Source of the DNA: Leptogorgia sarmentosa
Taxonomy: Eukaryota
Reading direction: 5' to 3'
Assembly (NCBI GenBank): GCA_964658305.1
Contig: OZ210885.1
Location: forward strand, 22,010,001 to 22,074,000
DNA: 64,000 bases
In this document: in pieces, positions 49,505-62,382 of the stretch
How positions within the stretch are numbered: the stretch's first letter is position 1
Layout: the number at the start of each line of letters is the position of its first letter
Position numbers and translations under genes: made by a program
The notes under the pieces: model-generated
What the model was told of the DNA's origin: nothing
Database searches by the model: none
Seen by the model: only the letters and a program-made list of their open reading frames with translations

Positions 49505-52370
49505 CTAAATTCTGCAAGTGTGATGCGACTCCATACGTTTCTTTATTTCATTAATAGTTTTTTTTAGGACGTCCATTTCAAATTTAAAGCTAATTTCGGC
49601 TGTTTTCTCTACTAATTTGTTGAACCACCTCTGGAGATTGTCAGAATATATTACAATTTTCAAGTTGCAAAATAGCTCAATTAAACTCTCAAAAATTATA
49701 ATTTCTATCATATTCCATTCTAAGTGCTGAGTCTTGGTGTTCATTTTTTCCATGAATTCATCAGCGTTAGTTCTTGTTCCAGACAATGAGTGTTTTGCTC
49801 TCTTCTGTGGTCTAGGTGACGATAAAAAATGTGTGCTACTGTATGGATTGCTACATTCTTCACATGAACAATCTGAGTGGCAGCCATTTTTTGCTTTAAA
49901 GCAAGGACGTCTTGACGCATATCCTTGTGAATTCACACAACTCTGTTTTATCGACTTATTTGATGTGCGCTTTGAATTTTTTTCCACATGAACATCTCTG
50001 GGTTGTTGCTTCAACCGGTTGAACTGGTCCTGATGTCATCACCGTAGACGATGTTTCTTCTTTTTGTTTAAATTTTATGGCATCATAATGACCAGCTCCA
50101 AACTGGTTAAAGGCCAGGTAAATTGGTGGCAATCCTGATGTTGATGACGGCATTATGAGGAGTAATGGCATCGTTTCCAATGATGTAAAAATAATCAGTG
50201 GAGATCCTATTAGGTTGGCCATTGCGAGTGGCATTAAATTACCCAGTTCACCTATGAAGTGCCCAGGTCGCAGAAATAAATTAGCCTGCTCTTCCATATT
50301 TCCTCCTACATAAGGCTGGTATCTTTCTTGATTTGTTATCCATTCGTTTACAATGAGTTTACGCAGACGCTGAGCAGTGTCTACAATCGACAATTGACAT
50401 ATCAGTAGTTATGCCCATGTTGTAAAGATGAGTACGATCAGCTTCATTATTCTCGAACAATTGATGCAAGGACACGGAAGCACTGTAGAAAAAACAATTT
50501 CCGTCACCTTCAACAATATCCATTTGGAAGCCCCAACTTTGAACGACTACATGAAGTCTGGCATTATGCGCATCAAATCCGTCACGGTTTTGGTTGAATT
50601 TTCCATGAAAAAACAAGGATGTAGCAGAGTTCATGAATGGAAAATAACGCGCGTTGAAAACTGATGTGGTCATTCCTTTGCTGTTTATTGTTACGATGGC
50701 ATCATACAGTTCTTTTGCTTTATTCAGTACTTCAATTAATTGGTCATGTGTAAATATATCCTCTGTATTTTCCTCCAATGTGTAGTCGTTGATATTCATG
50801 TCTTGGTTAGACTTAGTGTTCGTCAGTCCGAATTTTGGTGTGTCGACGTAAATTTGTTGAAGGTTTCCTTGGTGAGTCATTTGTTGCATTGTCATGTACT
50901 TGAGAAAACTTCATTTTTCATTAGCCTCCTTTCGTTATGGTCGTCTATGGTTGTTGTTAGAAGAGCATAAGCGAGTTCAGTTCCTATTTTACTGTATTTC
51001 ATGAAGCTATTCAATGAACGATGAAAACATTCGTCTCGATTCGTCCCTCTTCCTGGTTTAATGTCTGAAAGACATCCATTTCTTATGTGTGCCTTCAGCT
51101 TGTTTACTTCTTGAATAACGGCTGTTGTCAAGATAGTATTGCCATTGTCAGATTTAACACCAGTCCAACGTTGAACAAACATATTAATGTTTTTCTCGAG
51201 TATTTTGGGTTCGGGTGTACTTTGCCCACAATTAATGCCAAGATCAGATGAACTTCGAAACACTAGTTTCAAGGACGATATAAAATCATGAAAAAATGTG
51301 TGTCTTTTTTATACTTTTTTCGTTATCCTTTGTACTGCATGGAAAATGTCTAGCTTTACTAGAATATTGTCGACAAAAATGTTCTGAATCTTCTTTCTTG
51401 ATTTGCAGCAGTCATCAACGTATACTTCCCGAAGTTCTTTTCCTTGTTTTATCAGCCGCTCTTTAATTTCCAGCAACAATTCACCCAGCGAATCGTAAGA
51501 TGTGTCCAGTACCAACCTTCACATCAAGGTTTGCCCAACGTCATTTAGGACCAAGAACAAAGCTTTAAACTGTTTTACCCACTTTGTTTTACTTCCAGTT
51601 TTTTGTTGATACATTCCAATGTTCATGGCTGACTTAAACGTATGGTCACAACAAATCCAATCTTGGTTTATAGTTTTCTCATGAAGTCGTCATCTGTAAA
51701 ATACTTCATCTTTCCAAAATAGATTTAAGAAAGACGAAAGCAACAATTCTCCTCCTGGGTTTATTTTACCTGCAATCGTGTCCTCGAACAACAAAAATTT
51801 AATGTTCGGGTTGACAGATGCACATAATAACTTACAATAGTACATGTCTTTTCGTGATCCTTTTACAACACCTTCGACGGTTGAGATCGATTTACCCTTC
51901 GAAATAAGAGAACGTACCATCGATAAACACCTCATTGTCAATCCAGATTTGTGACTTAGCACAAAGGGAATTTGAGAAACATTAACAAATTGGTCCAAGA
52001 TCTGAGGGTCGTGACTTAAAAACCGATGGCCTGCTGCACAAATATATGGTCGACTAACAAGCAGAACAATACCATCAACATCATGTAGTATTCGTGGTTG
52101 CTTTCCTGACTGTTGTTTGTTTTGCCATTCTTTTCGTTCCAGAGATCTCGCAGTTTGGGCATTTAGTCAAAACGGCAGCAAGATGCGGGAATTGGACTAT
52201 CGGGTCCCATAAAATAACGTCCGGAATGAAGTTATTATCCGCCGAAAATAATGCGTCCGTTTCGATTACTGAGAACGCAACAGCAGATGGCGACCAAGGA
52301 TTTTCGTCAAACTTTGTTGTAGTTTTCTCGATATGAACAAGCCAATGTCCAGGCCAGTCAAATGCATATG
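49505..52370 (-). pseudogene. Dada-like (DUF6729-type) DDE transposase with OTU-like protease and Cys-rich domain, fragmented
   Basis: ILWDP, CDHTFK, VYVDDCC, KLDIFHAVQR and GRGTNRDECFH, then OTU EGDGNCFF..GELGN..GHYDA, then CSC..C..CHSDCSCEECSNP. Confidence 0.6.
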
Positions 52371-52523
52371 AAACAGAGCATTAAACAGAGCATGAGACAG
52401 ACCATAGAACTACAACACACTTCAACAATTTCGAAAGAAAACGATTGACAAACATCCTAGATTTCACGCAGGTAACTTCCAAACGCTGAGCCAACAATAA
52501 GCCAACAACGTTCAGAACTTCCG

Positions 52524-52699
52524 CTAGGAACGATATGAACAGTGGGAAGGCTAGGAACGGCAGGAACAGTAGGAACGGTAAGAACAGTAACAACAGTGGG
52601 AACAGTGGGAACGCTAGGAACAATAAGAACGATGGGAACCGTAGCAAATGTAGGAACGCTAGGAACAGTGAAAACGCTGGGAACAGTAAGAACGCTAGG
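52524..52699. repeat. 9-bp minisatellite, left part (split by BEL/Pao)
   Basis: Degenerate aggaacagt/aagaacgct units. Confidence 0.8.
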
Positions 52700-55600
52700 T
52701 GTTCCCGAATGAACGGACGGTCGGATCAGGCAAGCAAAGGCAGAAACGCGAGAGATTTTAATACATTTCTCAGGCTTTTAATGTAACACTTTGTACGAAA
52801 AACTATGGAGTATAACAAAAAACGTGCTCTGTCGAAGGCCCGCTCGCCAATATAACAGCGGCGTCCTGATTGTCTAAATACTTTATGTACCTTTGTTCGA
52901 GAACATCCCCCTCCCGAATGTCACGCATTCGACTATTTAAATCAATAACATGAACTATATATATATATAAGGTTTAAGACTGTCTCCTATTGTTCGCTGT
53001 CTTCCCCTTCGTCGATGTACTCAAGTGGACACAATCGATGTATCGGTCGAATGTACTCTTTGTTCTTCGATTTGAGTTTTACGGTTCTGACAAGGCCGTC
53101 GCTTCCGGGGTAGGCTTCAACCACGCGTGCGAGTGGCCATTCCCCTCGGTTTGCCTGGGGTTCCGCGATTAGGACCACATCTCCAGACTTGATGTTGTGC
53201 CTCGGATGGAACCATTTCTTAGCAACGTTTATACGCGGAAGAAATTCCCTTTTCCAACGTTTCCAAAACGACTGTAATAACTGTTGGACACAATGCCACC
53301 GGTTTCGGGGATTATACGCTTCCTCTTGGTCCAGGGCCTCGGGGGCAAACACTCCACCCAACTGTCCGATAATAAGGTGATTGGGGGTGAGTGGAACAGG
53401 GTCATTGACGTCGGAACTCACATAGGTGAGGGGTCTTGAATTTAAAAGCTTCTCGGCTCCACAGATCGCAGTGTGCAGCTCCTCGTCCGTTATATCAGCG
53501 TTCCCTAACACGACCTTGATGGCCTTCTTGGCGCTCTTTATCAGAGCTTCGAAGACTCCTCCGAAGTGAGGGGCCGATGGTGGGTTGAACTTCCAGTCTA
53601 TGGGGTGGTACTTGTTTGTCTGCTGGACGATCTGGTCTTGGTCAAAGGCTTGTACGAGTTCTCACAATTCCCGCTCGGCGCCGACGAAATTGGTCCCATT
53701 ATCGGAGATCACATATACGGGCGTCCCCCTCCTTGACACCATCCGTGTAAAGGCATTGATGAAGGATGATGTGTCCAGTGAATACGCCATCTCTAGGTGG
53801 ACTGCCCTAGTCGCTAAGCAGGTGAATAGACATAAATATCGCTTTGATCTGCTCTTGCCCCGTCCTTGTTTCGTCAGTAATCGACTCCAACCCTTTCAAA
53901 TGCTCGCATCGATTGAAATCGTGGCTGTGGCAACGGTGCCATCTTCTGTTGTGCTGTTTTTACGGAAAAACGTCTACGACATTCTACGCATGACTCAACG
54001 ACGTTTCTTACCACACGCCTTCCCTTGACTACCCAGAAGCGACTTCGTAGCTGTGTGAGCACTTGTTCAACTCCAGTGCCAGGTCCCAGTTCCTTATGTG
54101 CGTCCATGACGATAAGGCGTGTCACAGCATGTTCCTTCGGGAGAAATATTGGGTGTCTGCTGTCATAAGACAGCTCATCAGCATGCTTTAGGCGTCCGTC
54201 CATCCTAACCAGTCCATTACCGTCGTTCTTGGGGCTCAGTCGTAGAAGGCATCCTGTCCGTGCACCTTGAGGAAAGCCGTCTTTCTGTGCTTGTTTGATC
54301 CAAAACTGTTCCGAACGAAGTATTTCAGCTGGCGAAAGCACTCTTCCTCGCTGTCGTGTCTCTTTAGAACGTTTGCAGTTTGCTATGTATCGTTGGATCC
54401 AGGCGGTGACTCGGCAGAGACGGTGGAAACTTGAGAAGTTGTTTGGGTCAATTTCTAAGCTAACGTTCGTGACTGTTCCTAGATACGTCTGTGTCGCTCG
54501 CATCTCGCCGCTATCAGAAACAGTAGTTGGTCTGGAGGGTGTGGAAGGCCAGGCGGATTCGTTATCTTTCAGAAATGGTGGACCTTCTAACCAAAACGTA
54601 CTATCTGCCAGTTCGGTCGCTGACAGACCTCTGGTAGCCAAATCTGCCAGGTTTTGCGTTCCGGGGACATGTCTCCATTGCTCGGGACTCGTTGTTCTTT
54701 GGATTTCAGCGACACGGTTGGCTACGAATGGCTTGAATTGCTTGCTATGGTTTCTCACCCAGTACCAAACGTTTTCAGAGTCGGTCCAAAAGACAACTTG
54801 GTCGACGGTTAACATTCTGAGAAGGCTTTGGGCTAAACGAGCGGCCAGAATAGCACCCATCAGCTCTAACCTGGGTATCGTCATGACCTTCGCGGGGGCA
54901 ACACGGCATTTCGAAGCAACAAGTCGCGAAGAAGTGCTATCGTCGTCGTAACGGCACACTAGGAAGCCAACTGCGGCATACGCGTCCTTCGAAGCATCGG
55001 AAAAGAGATGAAGCTCCTTTCTTTGCGGTTTGGGAAGACGTAAACAACGTGGTATAAAAACATTTGGCAATTGTAACAGTTCCGCTGACCACTTTTTCCA
55101 CTTTACGGCTAAGTCATTGGGAAGTGACTCATCCCAGTCCAACCCCGCACGCCAGATCTCCTGCATGAGGATTTTCGCTCTGACCGAGAATGGTGCCAGG
55201 AACTGCAGGGGGTCGTAAACTGTGGCTATCGCACTGAGGACATTGCGCTTCGTCAACGGTTTGCTGGAATCGGGTGGATCTACTGTAAAGCTGAACGCAT
55301 CTCTTTCGGGTTCCCACATGATGCCCAAGGTCTTTGTTCGAGAAGGTTCCTCCTTATTGATTTCTACGGCCATAAGACGATCATTCTCTGGAATGCTAGC
55401 GACGACGGACGGTTCGTTTGATGTCCACTTTCGTAGTCGAAATCCTGCCGTACCAAGGAGGTCTGATAGTTGCTGCTGTTAGTCATGTGCAGTCTCAGCC
55501 GTTTCACTTGAGTCTAGGAGATCATCGACGTACATCGCGTTGTCTACGGACTCTGCGGCCGCTGGGAATGTACCTGCGTGAGCTTGGGCGTGGGCATGTA

Positions 55601-58600
55601 CCACATACTGGGCGCAGAACGGGGAAGGGGTATTTCCGAACAGCAATCGTCGAAATTCATAAACGTCGGGCTCTCGCGAGGGGTCAAGGTCTCACCACAA
55701 AAATCTATGGTAGGGCCGATCCTTTTCTTGCAAACCAACCTGCAGGAACATTTCCGATATGTCTGCACTCAAGGCTACGGGTGCTCGACGAAAGCGTGTT
55801 AGAACATCTACTATTTCTCGCTGCAACTTCGGTCCTGGAAGAATACAGTCATTTAAACTTTTGCCACCATGCTTCATCGCCGCGTCAAAGACGATATGGA
55901 CCTTGGTGGTGTGCTTGCTAGGTCTGATAACAGGGAAATGCGGGAGAAACCATTGTTCCTTCACCGTTGAGGTAGGCACTTTGGCTATGTAGCCTTTCTT
56001 CTCATACTCTTGTAAGATCGTCCCATAGGCTTCCACAATGTCAGTCCCTTTCCTCCTAAGGGATCTTTCTTGGTTCTCGAGTCGTAGCACTGCGGCATCA
56101 TGTTACTGGACAAGTTAGGCTCTCCATGCTTCCAAGGTATTCCAACCTCGTAACGACCACCTTCGAACTTAAGAGATCCTGCGACTGCTGCAGTTGCCGC
56201 TCTTTCATCAGCTGTCATTGCTTGTTGGCTACTCGTATCCTTAATTCCAAGTACTTCGAGGTCCCAAAACTTTCGCAGGAGGTCTTCAGGTGGCAGTTGG
56301 CGATCAACTTGCCCTGTACGGTAGGTTCGCGTGAAATGCGAACGGGACTCACGCCGGAACTCATCAACTAACGTCGGCCCGAAACATACCCAACCCAAGT
56401 TGGTTAAGCGGGCTATAGGGTCATTTGGTAGTCTACCGTGAATTTCATTCAAGACGTGGTGAAAGATTGGGTGGTCGCTACCAAGCATAACATCGATTTG
56501 CTGCCGCTTCGAAACACGGTGGAAGGGAACAGCCTGCAGATGGGGCCATTTCTTCCTAAGTTCGCACCACTGAATAGCTGGCGTGTCACCTGCGATGTTG
56601 TCCAGTACATGTGCTTGCACCGGGGCAGTAAAGGACCTGTCCAAGCTTGTCACGTTAAGTTCTACACGGCGGGATCGCTTCTGTATTTCTATGCCTCCAG
56701 TGCCTGCAATTGTCAGGTTCAGTGTCTGTCCCTGCAGTCCGAGTTCGTGTGCTGCATCTTCTGACACATAGGAGCTAGTGGAACACGGATCTAGCATAAC
56801 ATTGGCCTTAATATCTCTTCTCCCATTGCCAATAAGAGCAGGTATCACCATCAATGAGACGTTTTCTACTTTCGTTGTGGCATGGGTTCTTTCTTGAAAC
56901 TGCTGGTTGGGTGGCGGTAAAGTGTGATGATCGGTGTTAGAAGGTGGAGAGACTTTATTCTGAACTGACTGTCCTGGAGGTGCGTAGGTCGGAGCGTCGG
57001 GTCGTAACTGTTCTCCACTGTCCCGTTTCTTCGGATTGGCCAAATGAAGGTAACTACTGTGCTCTCTACTCAGGCAACCGCCGACACCACATGGTCTCGA
57101 TCTGGTACAATCTTTACTGTGATGCCCTGCGGCTAAACAACGGTAACAACATCCCGATTTGGCAATCAACTCTTTACGTTTTATCACGGGCAAATCTTTG
57201 AACGCTTTACAAATCCATGGAGGATGGTCTTCTTTGCAGTTTGGAACAACACAGCTTCGAGGCGCAGAACTGGTGGCGTAGCCTCGCTGGCGTTTCTTGA
57301 AATTGGCTCCTCTTTCTTCCTTCCTTCCAATGCCTTTAGTTTCTTCATGAGCTTCCTCCATGATCTGTACTCGTATTTCGATCCATTCCAGCAGAGAATC
57401 AAAGTTGTCTTCGCATGAGTGATCTCTCAACCAATATTTATAAGCCTGCACATATTCTTCCGGAAGTTTCTCTTTCGCAGTCAAACATAGACTCTGTCCG
57501 TGTATTGGTCCGTGGTCCTGGGTAGCAATCAACACCTTCTCTAGTAAAGTTTGAAGCTCTTCCAAATCCTGTAGGTTTTGCGGTTGAACTTGTCTGAAAT
57601 TGCGAAGAGCGGTAAGATGCTTTATTTGTAGACGTCTCTCCCCTCCGTATCTTTTTTCCAATTTAGATTTTGCTCTCTCGTATGCGTTACTGGAGTAACC
57701 AAGATCTTTTACCATGGCTAATGCCTTTCCAGACAAACAGCTTTGCAGCCTGAGCATCTTCTCCTCGACTGGGACATCCAAGCGGTCGACGACTGACATG
57801 AAGGCAGCCTTCCAAGATTCGTAATCACTTTTTTCTTCTCCCGAGAAAGTAGGCAGTGTCACTCCTTTCAGCCTTATGGGCGCAGCTTTTTGATGCTGGT
57901 CTTTACGCTCCCGTTGATCTTTAGTGAGGAAGTCATGCACTGTATTGAGATCAGATGGTTGTGACTTTCGTTTGGCTTCTTCGGCTCTGGACTGGTTGAG
58001 GGCTGCGATTTTTCTTGCTTCCTCTGTTCGCTGCTTGGTCAAGTTAAGCTCTGCCATCAGCCTCTCAAGCTCTTGTTCTTTTTCCTTTTCTTTATTCTCC
58101 ATCTGGGTAAGTCTCTCAATGGCCTCTTCCGCCTCTCTCTGCTTCTCTTCAATGACCTGGAGCTCATTCGACTTTGCGGGTGAACTGGCTTGTGACTGAT
58201 GTGAAGTTATGACAGAATCAGCTTCACCATTCTGTAATCTTTCTGCTAGATGTTTCTCCGCCATCACAATTACAGGCTCAACTAAGGATGCAATGTCTTC
58301 CAGTTCTTTGTCCAGAGTGTCAATAATAGTGTTTGCATCGTCATTTTCGGCATTCACGGCATAAGTTTCCTTTAGATTGCCGATGATTTTCTCGATAATA
58401 CAAAACTCTGAGTTTACTTTGTTGATTCCTCTTCTAATGGCATTTTTGCTCAGTAAATCAACACCAGGAAGTTGTTTTCCTATTAAATCATTAAGACTCT
58501 TTCTTGCTCTAGTCAGTCTGGCTTTTGCAGCCTTTTTACTACTTCGCAGCGCCTGAACTTTGCCATTACTCACTTGTTCGTCTTCCTTATCAACGTCTTG

Positions 58601-58973
58601 AACATCTTGGGTCGCATCCACTTGTTGGATTGTCTCGGTCGGCTGGTCTTCACTTGGCATGTCTTGTTGTCCTGAAGTAGTCGCCATATTTGTTTTCGTA
58701 GAATTATCGATTTGTCGGTCGAAAATCTCTCGTTTCTCGACGGATCCGGCTCTCGAAGGACCAAACTTGTTCCCGAATGAACGGACGGTCGGATCAGGCA
58801 AGCAAAGGCAGAAACGCGAGAGATTTTAATACATTTCTCAGGCTTTTAATGTAACACTTTGTACGAAAAACTATAGAGTATAACAAAAAACGTGCTCTGT
58901 CGAAGGCCCGCCCGCCAATATAACAGCGGCGTCCTGATTGTCTAAATACTTTATGTACCTTTGTTCGAGAACA
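52700..58973 (-). mobile_element. full-length BEL/Pao LTR retrotransposon
   Basis: 206-bp TG..CA LTRs at 52700-52905 and 58768-58973 with 2 mismatches. TSD ctagg. PBS TGGTCCTTCGAG resembles the complement of the tRNA-Tyr 3' end. PPT at ~52906-52916. Confidence 0.97.
52987..58687 (-). pseudogene. BEL/Pao gag-protease-RT-RNase H-integrase polyprotein, interrupted
   Basis: DUF1759-like gag, CCHC knuckles, MLDPCS protease, ADISEMFLQV/YVDD RT, HLFSDAS..FWTDS RNase H and SDNGTNF integrase. Lesions near 56100, 55692, 55480 and 53874. Confidence 0.92.
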
Positions 58974-59557
58974 CTAGGAATTAACAGCAAGAATGCCAAG
59001 AACCACAAGAACGCCAGGAACACTAGGAACGCTAGGAACAGTAAGAACGCCAGGAACAGCAAGAACGCCAAGAACAGCAAGAACACCAGCAACACTAAGA
59101 ACGTCAAGAACACTAAGAATGCCAGGAACACTACGAACGCCAGCAACACCAAGAACGCCAGCAACACCAAGAACAGCAAGAATGCCAGGAACACTAAGAA
59201 CGCCAGGAACACTAAGAACGCCAAGAACGCCAGGAACAGCAAGAACGCCAGGAACAGTAAGAACGCCAGGAACAGTAAGAACGCCAGGAACAGCAAGAAC
59301 AGCAAGAACGCCAGGAACACTAAGAATGCCAGGAACACTAAGAACGCCAGGAACAGCAAGAATGCCAGGAACAGCAAGAACGCCAAGAACAGCAAGAACA
59401 CCAGGACGCTAAGAACGCCGGGAACAGCAAGAACACCGGGAACAGCAAGAACACTAAGAACGCCAGGAACACTAAGAACGCCAAGAACACTAAGAATGCC
59501 AGGAACACTAAGAACGCCAGGAACACTAAGAACGCCAAGAACACTAAGAACGCCAAG
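58974..59557. repeat. 9-bp minisatellite, right part (aagaacgcc/aggaacact/aagaacagc)
   Basis: About 60 units, with higher-order 18- and 27-bp patterns. Confidence 0.92.
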
Positions 59558-60182
59558 ATTTATACTCGGCGCTTATACTCACCGAGCCTGAGGCGACTAA
59601 TTGTTAAATAGAAACATGAGGATTTTCATGCGGGTTGTGTGGATTGCGCGGGATATTAAAAAACAAAATGAATCTTTGAATGAATGTAATTAAAATCAAT
59701 AAATTTATCTTTTTTATTGTTTTTGAAAGGCTATTTAATAAAGGAAATAGAAAACATTTTTCCGTGTTCCTATAAGTGTAAGTTTGGTAGAAACTCGAAA
59801 TTGTGTGGAAACACTCGCACATTGTGTCTCTATTTAACAATTAGATTACGAGCTCGAGCTTTCTATGAGGTGATAGTTGATGAGGGCGAAGCCCGAATCA
59901 ACTATCATCTTGTAGAAATAGAGAGCGAGTAATCTAATTGTTTTAGTGGAATCAGAGATCAAACATGAAAATTTTGCAAAAAATAATTTAAAAACGCGTC
60001 TCAGAAGACATTTTCTTTAACGAAAATTCACATGTTTCGCTACTCGCTATCTATTGAAGAATAGATAGCGAGTAGAGTAGCCAATCAAATTGCAGCATTT
60101 GCAATAGTATACGAGTATGATTCTACTAAAACTCTATAGAAACATGGAAAATGTTTTCTATTTCTTAATTGTATTTCTGAAG

Positions 60183-60408
60183 ATAATTACCGAAGAACAC
60201 CGAACCGTCAAGGTAGCCCAACCCAATGTTATTAAGTGCTTTGTCAAAGATATGGAAGTTCTTTATTCTATAACGGAAAAATGTTCACACACTGTCGACT
60301 TGACACAGGAGCAGGATGTTGTGGTTAATTTCACCTCAACAAGCCATAACATGTGTATCTTTGGCAAAACAACAATTGTGGAAAGCATTATCAAGTCTCT
60401 TTCAGCAG
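60183..60408 (+). other. possible isolated exon of unknown gene
   Basis: Open frame bounded by ttctgaag and cag/gttag. No recognisable domain. Confidence 0.25.
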
Positions 60409-60930
60409 GTTAGCACTATTTTCCATCCCGCAAACCGCCCTTATATTTTTCTATATATTTTAAAATATATATTTGCATAATTTAGCATTAATTGCATAAA
60501 TTAAAGATGGTGGCTACAATGAGTATTAATTTAATAACAGCTAAAATTAATCAATATCTATGTAAAAACTGTAGTCTCACTAGTCTGTAGGTGACAAAGT
60601 AACCATCTTTATCCTTACTGGTAAGCGCTCTTGTTAGTAGATAACATATATAAAATGAAACATGTTACATTCGAATATGCTGACTTATAGGTTAAATCAA
60701 CACTACAATTTCATTATTACTTGGCGGCAGAATCTAAATAGTCGCATATTAAACAATGTTATACTTATAATAGCTTTATATTGCCATTCTACCTGATAAT
60801 TCTTCATATCATGATCAACCTCATTCATTAATAATTAAATAGCAAATCAAGATATTTTGCATATTGAGCATTGACTACTGTATGGACGGTTCAAAAATTT
60901 TATCCCTTTAAGATCCTCTGTTTTCTGAAT

Positions 60931-61190
60931 CTATTTTCCGGAGCAAAGTTTGCATTCCCAAAAGCAATTGGTGCTATAGACAAGTTCAGGAATGTTTTCA
61001 CATGAACAGTGGTACCACTTTTTGCAACAATCACACTGTGCCATTTGCTTTTCTGGTATTGCCTTATCAGTTGGATCCCAGGGCATTCTACAAGAGCAAA
61101 ACAATTTTACTTTCATCATCTTGTTCTTGCACCTTCTGTGTGATTTGCCAGTGGGAATGGTGTTTGCCATTTTGTGGCGGTTGCTAATTA
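60931..61190 (-). pseudogene. PHD-finger C-terminal fragment, truncated by the Penelope-like element
   Basis: LFCSCRMP..MAQCDCCKKWYHCSC..WECKLC (C4HC3 pattern). Confidence 0.75.
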
Positions 61191-61340
61191 ATACAGTGTT
61201 TTTTATCCAGGTATTCGGATCCTGGACTGTGGTTCAAATAGCTGTGTCCTCATTGAGGTTGTGGATTTATGGGTGACACCATGGAGTTTGATGGTGGATG
61301 GGGTTGAATGTTATGGTAGGATGGAAGGTTGTAGTACAGT

Positions 61341-61435
61341 GAATTATATTAGAATGAATTACATTAAAAGGAATTATATTAAAAGGAATTATATTAAAAC
61401 GAATTATATTAAAACGAATTATATTAAAACGAATT
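61341..61435. repeat. 15-bp tandem repeat, about 6 copies
   Basis: gaattatattaaaac/g units. Confidence 0.9.
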
Positions 61436-62107
61436 GTCGTATGTGTAGTACTGGCAAAACCCGGGTTTATAGTGATGTTTTGTGTGAATGCCTGGGCCGT
61501 AGTGATTGCCAATTATCACCGGGCCCTGTCCCTTGGTTTTTCGTTGAAAACTCGTAGTTATGTTTCATCAGGCCCCAAGCATAACTGGGAAAGCATGTTT
61601 CTAACCTGCTAGCTGGTCTTGGAACGACGTGCTCGCATATTGGGTGTTAGGTTTAACACAATGTGGTTGGTGTGTGAGTGTATTTACTTTTGGTGGATGA
61701 GTGGTAGGTGGTTTGACATAGTGGTTTGGAAGGATGAATGGCTGTTTGTGTGTCGGGTTATCCCGCTGCGTCGGTATGATAGATGGCAAAATAATTATGT
61801 TTGTTAACTGTGATAACGGGTAAATTAAAAACATGTTGATCCTACTTGATTCGTTCTTTGTATTGGTGGCTGCGGTGGCTCTTGTTGGGCTTTTTTTTGC
61901 TTTTTGGAGAGGGCTCCTGTTGGCTTGTCTTCGCTCTTTGGTACTTAGAGTTGGAAAGAATTGCGCCTACGTTTGCTTGCCGCGTGGTATGTAAATGTTT
62001 GCCCTGGGGCTTGAATGACGTGTGAGGTGATGTGTGTCCGAATACAGTGGGGGCCTGGGGTTGATTTATTGCAGCGGGTTGTTGTAAGGTGGGAGTAGGG
62101 CAGTCGA

Positions 62108-62382
62108 GGGTCAGATTAAGGATTGGATTGGGGTTATGTCGTGGCTGTCTTTAAGGGTTCGGATTTGATTGGTTAGGGTCAGATTAAGGATTGGGTTGGG
62201 GTTATGTCGAGGGTGTCTTGAAGGGTTTGGATCTGATTGGTTAGGGTCAGATTAAGGATTGGGTTGGGGTTATGTTGAGGGTGTCTTGAACGGTTCGGAT
62301 TTGATTGGCTAGGGTCAGATTAAGGATTGGGTTGGGGTTATGTCGAGGGTGTCCTGAAGGGTTCGGATTTTATTGGTTAGGG
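62108..62382. repeat. 68-bp tandem repeat x4
   Basis: gggtcagattaagg at 62108, 62176, 62244 and 62312. Confidence 0.92.

Noticed and set aside
58871..59591. Long low-complexity ORFs (FLAFLL.., KNARNS.., RTPGT..) here and at 43343-43696 and 52381-52786
   Set aside because: They are translations of the 9-bp minisatellite, open in several frames on both strands.
43460..59830. One large inverted duplication (minisatellite plus palindromic repeat at both sides)
   Set aside because: The order of the two components is not mirrored, so they are better explained as independent copies.
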